DNA of 32,225 bases from a virus (taxonomy: Duplodnaviria; Heunggongvirae; Uroviricota; Caudoviricetes), in IMG/VR virus record IMGVR_UViG_2541047764_000008, one strand, 5' to 3'. Position 1 is the stretch's first letter. Each line of letters opens with the position of its first letter. The notes beneath the pieces were generated by a model, which made no database searches, was not told the DNA's origin, and saw nothing but the letters and a program-made list of their open reading frames with translations. Positions 1-6,898 of the stretch are shown piece by piece. The position numbers were made by a program, and so were the translations under genes.

Positions 1-17
1 AACACGAGCAAACAGAT

Positions 18-45
18 AAAAAAGGGCCAGCCAATTGGCCAGCCC
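18..45 (-). terminator. Rho-independent terminator candidate downstream of the ATPase/HNH cassette
   Basis: On the minus strand, 24-45 reads GGGCUGGCC-AAUU-GGCUGGCCC (9-bp stem with two G-U wobbles) followed by a U6 run (plus-strand A run 18-23). It lies about 180 bp past the stop of the 230..1108 ORF. Confidence 0.5.
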
Positions 46-229
46 TTCTTAACAGGATGTCGCTTAAGCGAAACCTTAGTTAAGACGCTCCTAATCAAAA
101 CTCATAGAAAGCACACATTTACCATATAAAACAATTAGTTAATTTAATTTTTAATGCAGTGAATTGCAATGTTATGCAAGCTCTGCCGCCATACTGCCGC
201 CACTTTAGATTTACTCAAAAATCCCATAC

Positions 230-1108
230 TTACTCATAGGTAGCAGATGAAATTTCAATCATTGACGATCTTTCAAAAATTTGCTTACCATTATTAAGAA
301 ATGTAGGGGACGAGAGAAGGGCATCGAGAGTCAACCATTGCCATAGATCGATCGTATACCTAGATTTAGGATAATCCTTGGATCGGGCATTCAGTAAGTC
401 ACGTTTAATCTCTATCATTTCATGCAATGATAAATTTTTAAAAGTAGCATTCCTGACCAATTCCTTAACTAAGCTAATTGCCTTCGCACTGAACGTGTCT
501 AGTATGCCGAATTTTTTAACATGAAATAACACTCTTTTATATTCAACTGTATTTTTCTCATAGTTAATTTGAAAATAAATTACATTATCCATTTCAGAAT
601 ATACAGCCGTTAACCAATTGTAATTATAGAACTGATCAAATAACGGATGAATTAATTGATTTTCTTTTGAAAGAGAGAAATATTTAGATTTCATTCTATT
701 GCAGTAATCACAAGCAGGGATAAGATTATTATAGGATATAGAAAGGGATGGAAAATCTTCTTTTGGTAAAAAATGATCTAACGTACTGGCTTCACCAATG
801 TGACATAACAAACATTTTTTATTCGGGCTTCGGCGAAGTAATTCATCATAATATTTTCTAGGCTGTGTTCTTTTTTTTGACAGCCTTTCATTATAAAGCC
901 TTAATAACTCAGACGAATCAAAACCTGCCGTCTTTGATATATCTTTAAATTCATAAAGCAGTCCATAAATTGCATGAATTTTGTAAATCTTGTGACAAGC
1001 CCTCAAGTATTCCCCTTGATCCTTTTCTACTTGAGTAAAGTCTCTATTGCGCCGCCCTACTACGCAACTCCTATATACATCATCAAATTTAACATGCATC
1101 CTCTTCAC
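230..1108 (-). CDS. HNH-nuclease-domain protein, second gene of a two-gene ATPase + HNH cassette (Septu PtuB-like architecture)
   Basis: 292-aa ORF with an HNH-type motif at residues ~99-140 (CLLCH...DHFLP...NNLIPACDYCNRMK). Its GTG start overlaps the upstream ATPase stop as GTGA; an ATG at 1099 is an alternative start. Markedly AT-rich by eye. Confidence 0.6.
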   Translation of the reverse strand: MKRMHVKFDDVYRSCVVGRRNRDFTQVEKDQGEYLRACHKIYKIHAIYGLLYEFKDISKTAGFDSSELLRLYNERLSKKRTQPRKYYDELLRRSPNKKCLLCHIGEASTLDHFLPKEDFPSLSISYNNLIPACDYCNRMKSKYFSLSKENQLIHPLFDQFYNYNWLTAVYSEMDNVIYFQINYEKNTVEYKRVLFHVKKFGILDTFSAKAISLVKELVRNATFKNLSLHEMIEIKRDLLNARSKDYPKSRYTIDLWQWLTLDALLSSPTFLNNGKQIFERSSMIEISSATYE

Positions 1109-2583
1109 CCTTTATTTTTTATAGCAGAGTAAACAACAGCACGCCCTTCCAAGCCGATCTGATTATTATATGCATTAAACACTGCACCAGCACTTGTATA
1201 TTTTTTGGAATCCTCCTCCAATAGAGAATAGAAGCCTGACTTTCGCATATCAAGGTTAAAAACTTCAGATGTAATTTCTCCTACCCCCTCGCCGAATGTT
1301 TCTATTGTTGGCCGCTGAAATTCAGCCTCTATATCGCCTGAGCGAAACATTTTCCAAATACAAGCTTTAGGTGTTTCTTGAAGAACTACTGGAGAGTGAG
1401 TGGCAATCACAGCCATCCCATTGTTTTCTTTCAGTATCTCAGACAACGTTCTAATAAATGCGGAAAGTAAAGGAGGATGCAAATGATTCTCTGGCTCATC
1501 GAAGATACATATTGTTTTATTTTCTATTAACTCAATAACATGAGTAATGTAGTATATTACCGCCGCATGCCCTGAGCTCAACGATTTAAAGATGGTTGTT
1601 GATGCATGTGTAAACTCCTCTTGGCTAACAGTGATGAGATTTGAAAGTCCTAAATCCTTAAAATTCACATCAACTTCTAAAGTCTCTATTATTCTAGTCC
1701 ATGTTCCTTTTTTTATTTCAGATCCATATATGCAATTATATAATGACTTGGAAAAATCATTAGCCAAATCATTGTTTATATCCTTTAGTTCTCCGCTACC
1801 TTGTTTATAGAGACCAATATATTTTTTCTTTGTTTGAGTTGTGCTAAACCTAACATCATTAAAATCAACATTTTCAAAAGGTTTATCAAAAACACTTAAT
1901 GAAAAATACAATAACAAACCAAAATCATAAACTGAGACAGGATCACCATTTATCTTTGTTACAACATAATTACTTTTATCGATATTTTCAACAATTGTTC
2001 TTAGTAAATGGCTTTTCCCTACCCCATTACGCCCAATGATTACATGGACATTTTTTGGCGGTTTAGAATCAGATTCCACGATAAAATCCGGCGAAACACC
2101 ATTCTCATAATTAACACGAAAACCGAAATGTCTCAATGAAACGCCAGACTGCAAAATGTCTCTAAACTGCATAACACTTGATATACTTACATATCTAGTG
2201 AGTGAGTCAACAAATACACTTTCATCCCTTACATCTTCAAAAATATTTTCATCATAAACGATATCTCTCAACCTAGTTAAAAGTTTCACCCGAAATTCTT
2301 GAGGCAAATTCTTTAAGGCCGAATAGTATTCTGGAGATTGTCCAAGTGAAAAATAATCATTAGCCAGACTATCAAACTCTGCATCTAACTTTTTATATGT
2401 ATGAACTGATTTCTCTTGTCTCTTAAATCCTATTTTAACCTCTCCAACCTTTACAACATTACTACCATGAGAATAATGTAGTAAAAATGAAGTTTCAAAT
2501 GAAAAATCATTCCAATTGGTTATTGGAGTTAGATATATTATAAATGTCGAATTTGATTGAGGAGGGCCAATTTTTATAAACAT
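1105..2583 (-). CDS. ABC-type (AAA_15/21-like) ATPase with ~180-aa N-terminal extension, first gene of the ATPase + HNH cassette (OLD/PtuA/GajA-like ATPase fold)
   Basis: 492-aa ORF with Walker A GRNGVGKS (184-191), signature-like LSSGH (335-339), Walker B ICIFDEPE (358-365) and H-loop ATHSP (393-397). GGAG sits 6 nt upstream of the ATG. The start is only 37 bp downstream of the int stop on the same strand. AT-rich by eye. Confidence 0.65.
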   Translation of the reverse strand: MFIKIGPPQSNSTFIIYLTPITNWNDFSFETSFLLHYSHGSNVVKVGEVKIGFKRQEKSVHTYKKLDAEFDSLANDYFSLGQSPEYYSALKNLPQEFRVKLLTRLRDIVYDENIFEDVRDESVFVDSLTRYVSISSVMQFRDILQSGVSLRHFGFRVNYENGVSPDFIVESDSKPPKNVHVIIGRNGVGKSHLLRTIVENIDKSNYVVTKINGDPVSVYDFGLLLYFSLSVFDKPFENVDFNDVRFSTTQTKKKYIGLYKQGSGELKDINNDLANDFSKSLYNCIYGSEIKKGTWTRIIETLEVDVNFKDLGLSNLITVSQEEFTHASTTIFKSLSSGHAAVIYYITHVIELIENKTICIFDEPENHLHPPLLSAFIRTLSEILKENNGMAVIATHSPVVLQETPKACIWKMFRSGDIEAEFQRPTIETFGEGVGEITSEVFNLDMRKSGFYSLLEEDSKKYTSAGAVFNAYNNQIGLEGRAVVYSAIKNKG

Positions 2584-2620
2584 ACTTGCTCCTTATAAGC
2601 CAAACCGTAACAAATTACAC

Positions 2621-3643
2621 TTAGAGTAAATTACTTAGAGGATTTAGTGTAACCGCATCCTCTAAATGCTCGGGAGAAAAGTGGGCATATCTCATCGTTT
2701 CACGAATATTAGCGTGGCCAAGAATGCGTTGCAATACAAGGATGTTCCCACCATTCATCATGAAATGAGACGCGAAGGTATGTCGTAATACGTGGGTCTT
2801 TTGCCCTTCAGCCAACTCAATAGATGTCAAAGCTAGCATCTTTTTAAAGTCTTGGTAGCAGGATTTAAACATCCTTCCTTGACGTGTGGATAGTTCGTCA
2901 TAGAGCCATTTAGGAATCGGAACAGTTCTATTCTTCTTACCTTTGGTTTTGGTGAAGGTCAGCTTGTAGGGTGAGAGTTGAGCGCGTGTAAGCCTCTCGG
3001 CTTCTCCCCATCGTGCACCGGTTGCCAAACATACCTTAACAATCATCGTAAGATTTTCTTTGCCATATTGTTCACAGGCTCGGAACAGCTCCGGGAGCTG
3101 AGACAAAGTTAGCCAGGACATTTCTTTCTCAGCTTCTTTGAATACGCGAATCCCGTCCAGTGGATTGGGTAAACTCCACTCCCCTAATCGTCGCAGTTCA
3201 TTGAACACTGCTTCGAGGTATTGCTGCTCGCGATTGACAGTTATAGGTTTGGCGATCCACTTCGCCGGGTCTTTGTGATAGCCGTTGTCTATTTCGCCAC
3301 GTAATCGACGGTCACGGTAATGAGCCCAATCTTTAGCGGTAAGACGAGATGCAATAGGGTCGCCCAACCCGTTACATACGATTTGAAGCTTTGCCAACCG
3401 CGACTTACTGGCTACTAACGCCTGACCGTGCAAATTGTGCCAAAGCTGAATAATCTCACTTAAGCGTCGGCGGTCTTCTTTCTTGCCGAGCCACGGCTTA
3501 TCTTCACTCTCGCTTTTGGTAAATGCTTCGAATGCCTCGGCCTCACCTTTGGTATTGAATTGACGACGTATACGCCGCCCTTCCCGGCCATTTGGATAAA
3601 GCTCACATAACCATTTACCATTTTTTTGCTTACTTACTGTCAT
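2621..3643 (-). CDS. int: Tyrosine integrase (P2/186 Int family)
   Basis: 340-aa ORF; the C-terminus carries the catalytic-region signature HVLRHTFASHF...LGHANIRETMRYAHF typical of tyrosine recombinases. It sits downstream of the repressor on the same strand, as in P2/186. Confidence 0.9.
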   Translation of the reverse strand: MTVSKQKNGKWLCELYPNGREGRRIRRQFNTKGEAEAFEAFTKSESEDKPWLGKKEDRRRLSEIIQLWHNLHGQALVASKSRLAKLQIVCNGLGDPIASRLTAKDWAHYRDRRLRGEIDNGYHKDPAKWIAKPITVNREQQYLEAVFNELRRLGEWSLPNPLDGIRVFKEAEKEMSWLTLSQLPELFRACEQYGKENLTMIVKVCLATGARWGEAERLTRAQLSPYKLTFTKTKGKKNRTVPIPKWLYDELSTRQGRMFKSCYQDFKKMLALTSIELAEGQKTHVLRHTFASHFMMNGGNILVLQRILGHANIRETMRYAHFSPEHLEDAVTLNPLSNLL

Positions 3644-3666
3644 AGCTACACCGAGGCCAAAAAATA

Positions 3667-4005
3667 TTATTCACACAACGCTATAGCTTCACTGAAAATC
3701 GGGCCAATATCAGCGCTTTCTAATGAATCGTTAGGGTCTTTTTTAAGAACTTCTTTTAAATCTCGCCCTTCCATTTTTCCTGATTTGACGGCGTTTTTAG
3801 CCATACCGCTTAGGGGGTATCGTTCATCCGTATCAATGTCATAAACAAAAACGTAGTGACTATTTACACAAGATACCTTTGCATGCTCAAAGGTCAGCGG
3901 CCATTTATCACCAAAAGATTTAATATCAATCTCTTTGAACTTTTCAGCGGCAAAGGTTGAGGAAGAGAGTGCAATACAGATTATTCCAAATAAAAACTTT
4001 TTCAT
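3667..4005 (-). CDS. Small secreted/periplasmic protein (moron) between repressor and integrase
   Basis: 112-aa ORF with a classical N-terminal signal peptide (MKKFLFGIICIALSSSTFA followed by AEK) and two Cys in the mature part. AT-rich relative to flanking int and cI. No family assigned. Confidence 0.55.
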   Translation of the reverse strand: MKKFLFGIICIALSSSTFAAEKFKEIDIKSFGDKWPLTFEHAKVSCVNSHYVFVYDIDTDERYPLSGMAKNAVKSGKMEGRDLKEVLKKDPNDSLESADIGPIFSEAIALCE

Positions 4006-4014
4006 TACTGCTCC

Positions 4015-4878
4015 TTAAACATGCTTTTCCAAGGTAAAGATAACTGCACCTGATGGTGTGATATCAGAGAGATTACATTCAAACTCAGCAGACTTATTTG
4101 ATAGCCTGACCTTTCCACCTGGCATTCTGATTACGTCAAAAATATCGAGCGCACCATCAATGCCAATAAGCCAACGACCATTTCCTATCTTTGAGTTAGA
4201 ACAATCAACAAGCCAAGATGCGCCAACTCCATCAATAAAGACCAACTCATCAATGTTTGCAGGAACCATTGAAAGGTCTGGAGTCCAACGCCCAATATCT
4301 TTTAACTCACCAGCTTCAAGACGACATTTTCTTACTGTTAAGGCGTTAAGTGATTCACCCTCTTTGCTGTCTCGCATTTGGCCTTTTCCTGTAGATAGCC
4401 ACTCTAACGATACGCCAGTATCGAGTGCGCAGGTCACAACCACATCGCCAGGGAAGAAGTCACGCCTAACCCAAGTGCTAATAGTACCGGAAGAAATACC
4501 TAATAAATCACCAAGCTCTTTTTGCATCGTAAAACCATAAGCATCCAGAATCCTACGCAAAACGGTTTTACCGCCGTTCGTCATAATCTCGTCATAAAGC
4601 TCTTTGCCTTTTAACTTGCAACCGACTCGCCCATGATTTGCATTTGCAAGCTCACCACTTACAAGCCAATTAATATCAGCGCCCGTGTCAAGACAACACC
4701 TAACTATGATGTTGCCAGGTATTGCATCGCGTTGAACCCAGCCGCTAACGCTATGTTTCGCGATTCCTAGCAGGTCAGCCAAATCCTTTTGCATCTTGAC
4801 GCCATAGGCTGACATTAAGCGCTCTAATACGCCATTTGACGCACCTATGCGCCACTGAACATCAAGCTCAGAACTCAT
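4015..4878 (-). CDS. cI: CI-like immunity repressor with tandemly duplicated N-terminal HTH domain
   Basis: 287-aa ORF. Residues ~17-75 and ~107-165 are an obvious internal repeat (LERLMSAYGVKMQKDLADLLGIAKHSVSGWVQRDAIPGNIIVRCCLDTGADINWLVSGE versus LRRILDAYGFTMQKELGDLLGISSGTISTWVRRDFFPGDVVVTCALDTGVSLEWLSTGK), each resembling the 186-type CI HTH module, followed by a C-terminal domain. It is divergent from the early operon. Confidence 0.7.
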   Translation of the reverse strand: MSSELDVQWRIGASNGVLERLMSAYGVKMQKDLADLLGIAKHSVSGWVQRDAIPGNIIVRCCLDTGADINWLVSGELANANHGRVGCKLKGKELYDEIMTNGGKTVLRRILDAYGFTMQKELGDLLGISSGTISTWVRRDFFPGDVVVTCALDTGVSLEWLSTGKGQMRDSKEGESLNALTVRKCRLEAGELKDIGRWTPDLSMVPANIDELVFIDGVGASWLVDCSNSKIGNGRWLIGIDGALDIFDVIRMPGGKVRLSNKSAEFECNLSDITPSGAVIFTLEKHV

Positions 4879-4907
4879 AAAAACCCCTACAGATAATTTT
4901 ATGGGTG

Positions 4908-4936
4908 TTTACAGAAAACTTTTTACGATCTATAGT
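4908..4936 (+). promoter_or_regulatory. Candidate early rightward promoter (pR/Pe-like) in the lysis-lysogeny switch region
   Basis: TTTACA (4908-4913), 17-bp spacer, TATAGT (4931-4936), upstream of an AGGAG RBS and the ATG at 5000. It lies in the intergenic region between divergent cI and the early operon. The partner leftward promoter was not confidently located. Confidence 0.45.
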
Positions 4937-4999
4937 GGCACTTATCGACCAAGATGCACACCACTGCACTACATTTCAAACAACAGGAGATAATGCGAT

Positions 5000-5353
5000 A
5001 TGTCAGATGCAAAATCAATCCCGCTGCATGACGCACAAAACTTACAAAATCAAACTGTATTGCTAGACGCTGGTCAGTTCAATGCGCTTGTAACCATGAT
5101 GCAGCTATCCATGCAAAACATGATTCGTACAGCGATGTTAGACACCATGTCAGTAAAAGACTTCGCCGCCGCCCGTGGCGTTAGCGAGCGTCTGGTCTGG
5201 CAATGGATTGATGAGGGCGTCCTTCTCAAAGCTCCCACCAAAGATGTTACCAGCAAAGAAAAAGCCGCTAAGCGTGGCCGCACCCTTATCAACGTCAAAG
5301 CATGGCGTGACAAACTGACCCAGCAAGCTATCGATTGCCGTTATATCAACTAA
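5000..5353 (+). CDS. Apl/Cox-like early regulator (HTH DNA-binding protein)
   Basis: 117-aa ORF, first gene of the rightward early operon in the position of P2 cox / 186 apl. It has a central HTH-like segment (VKDFAAARGVSERLVWQWIDEG) and an AGGAG RBS. Confidence 0.5.
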   Translation: MSDAKSIPLHDAQNLQNQTVLLDAGQFNALVTMMQLSMQNMIRTAMLDTMSVKDFAAARGVSERLVWQWIDEGVLLKAPTKDVTSKEKAAKRGRTLINVKAWRDKLTQQAIDCRYIN

Positions 5354-5403
5354 CAGTCATCGCTTAACTGAACTTGATTTTGCAAGTTAAAGGGAGTTAC
5401 AGC

Positions 5404-5913
5404 ATGTTAGATTTTCGTGTTTCGTCACATGCGCACTTTGACGAGGCCTGCAGAAAATTCGCAGCTACTCATAACGTGAAAGAACTAGCGAATAAAGCCG
5501 GAATCAAGCCGCATACGCTTTACAACAAACTCAACCCAGAACAGCCGCACCAGTTAACGCCGCGTGAAATCTGGACGCTGACAGACTTGACCGAAGACTC
5601 GACCCTCGTCGATGGTTTTCTGGCGCAGATCCATTGTCTGCCATGCGTACCGGTCAACGAACTGGCAAAAGAGAAACTGCAATCCTACGTCATGCGCGCA
5701 ATGAGTGAACTTGGCGAACTGGCAAGCGGTGCAGTTTCCGACGACCGCCTCACGCCAGCCAGAAAACAAAACATGATTGCTAGCGTAAATGCGGGGATTC
5801 GCATGTTGTCATTATCGGCAATGGCGCTGCATGCGCGTCTGCAAACTAATCCCGCTATGTCGAGCGTGGTCGATACCATGAGCGGTATTGGTGCATCCTT
5901 CGGGTTGATTTGA
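5404..5913 (+). CDS. cII: CII-like transcriptional activator (186 CII / CP76 family)
   Basis: 169 aa from the ATG at 5404 (AAAGGGAG RBS 8 nt upstream); the ORF track's longer form starts at a TTG at 5374. Its position after the apl-like gene and segments such as LTDLTEDSTLVDGFLAQIHCLPCVP match my recollection of 186 CII. Confidence 0.6.
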   Translation: MLDFRVSSHAHFDEACRKFAATHNVKELANKAGIKPHTLYNKLNPEQPHQLTPREIWTLTDLTEDSTLVDGFLAQIHCLPCVPVNELAKEKLQSYVMRAMSELGELASGAVSDDRLTPARKQNMIASVNAGIRMLSLSAMALHARLQTNPAMSSVVDTMSGIGASFGLI

Positions 5914-5920
5914 GGTGCGT

Positions 5921-6148
5921 ATGCTGAAAAATGAACCCTCATTCGCATCTCTGCTCGTTAAGCAAAGTCCAGGCATGCATTACAGTCACGGCTGGATCGC
6001 GGGTAAAGATGGTAAGCGCTGGCACCCGTGCCGCTCTCAGTCCGAATTATTAAAAGGGCTGAAATCTAAGCAGTCGAAGTCGTCAGGCTTTTTAATTATT
6101 CGTATTGTCCACTTTATTGTTAAAGGGATTAAGCATGTCACGCGATGA
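5921..6148 (+). CDS. Hypothetical small early protein
   Basis: 75 aa from the ATG at 5921 with a GAGG RBS; the track ORF starts at a GTG at 5915. It occupies the position of the 186 fil/dhr-region small genes; no family assigned. Confidence 0.4.
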   Translation: MLKNEPSFASLLVKQSPGMHYSHGWIAGKDGKRWHPCRSQSELLKGLKSKQSKSSGFLIIRIVHFIVKGIKHVTR

Positions 6149-6335
6149 ATTAAGAATTGTTTTAGGAGCCATGATTCCGAGTATGGAAGACGGTTTTGAA
6201 ATTAAAACCCGCGACGGTGCAATACTTCGTGTTGACCCTGAGTGGGAATGCTGCAAAGAGTTTAAGGATGGCCTGAAAGCTGAAATTATCAGCCAGTTAA
6301 AAAGTAAACCTGCCGTTGTATTTGGCTATAGCTAA
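6135..6335 (+). CDS. Hypothetical small early protein
   Basis: 66 aa from the ATG at 6135 with an AAAGGGA RBS; the track ORF starts at 6105. Followed by an intergenic gap. Confidence 0.4.
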   Translation: MSRDELRIVLGAMIPSMEDGFEIKTRDGAILRVDPEWECCKEFKDGLKAEIISQLKSKPAVVFGYS

Positions 6336-6404
6336 TTAATCACAATTAATTATCTGGCGTAAACCCGCCGGGCTTTTTATTGCCCGAAATCAAGAGAGTC
6401 AATT

Positions 6405-6632
6405 ATGCGTAATACCGAATCACGTGGTTTTAACACTGATAGCGATGCGCTGGCCGTATTGCTGACCGATGCAAAAAAAGAAGAGCGTAAAGACCGTGCG
6501 CTCGCTGTTTCCATCCGCCTTGAGGCGCTGGCTATCCATATCACCAAAGAGGGTATGAGCGGCACCGAAGCTGCCGAATTGCTGCGCCGTGAAGCAACCC
6601 GCTTTGAGAATGAATCACAGGAGCTGCACTAA
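6405..6632 (+). CDS. Hypothetical small early protein
   Basis: 75-aa ORF whose stop overlaps the next start (ATGA-type overlap at 6632), consistent with translational coupling inside the early operon. Confidence 0.45.
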   Translation: MRNTESRGFNTDSDALAVLLTDAKKEERKDRALAVSIRLEALAIHITKEGMSGTEAAELLRREATRFENESQELH

Positions 6633-6853
6633 TGACTGACGCAATGGATTTAGCACAACAGCGCGAGCAGGAAGACCGCGAGCGGCACATCAACACCGCA
6701 CGCAGTCGCACCGTAGCGCCCTCTCGTTTTCTCTGCGAAGAATGCGACGCACCAATCCCGGAAGCACGCCGCGCTGCAATTCCGGGTGTGGCGTTTTGCG
6801 TGACGTGTCAACAAATCAATGAGCTCAAATCTAAGCATTACAGGGGCGTGTGA
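6632..6853 (+). CDS. TraR/DksA-family C4 zinc-finger protein (P2 orf82-like)
   Basis: 73-aa ORF with CEEC...(17 residues)...CVTC spacing typical of TraR/DksA zinc fingers. It lies immediately upstream of the replication gene, as in P2. Confidence 0.7.
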   Translation: MTDAMDLAQQREQEDRERHINTARSRTVAPSRFLCEECDAPIPEARRAAIPGVAFCVTCQQINELKSKHYRGV

Positions 6854-6898
6854 TGGGCGAAAGCGCGTCTGAGGTTATCAACTGGAGCTGGCCATCGT

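Noticed and set aside
183-204. Short direct repeat CTGCCGCCA-TA-CTGCCGCCA near the left end
   Set aside because: Too short to interpret; it could be chance or part of an unrecognised att or regulatory element. Not reported as a feature.
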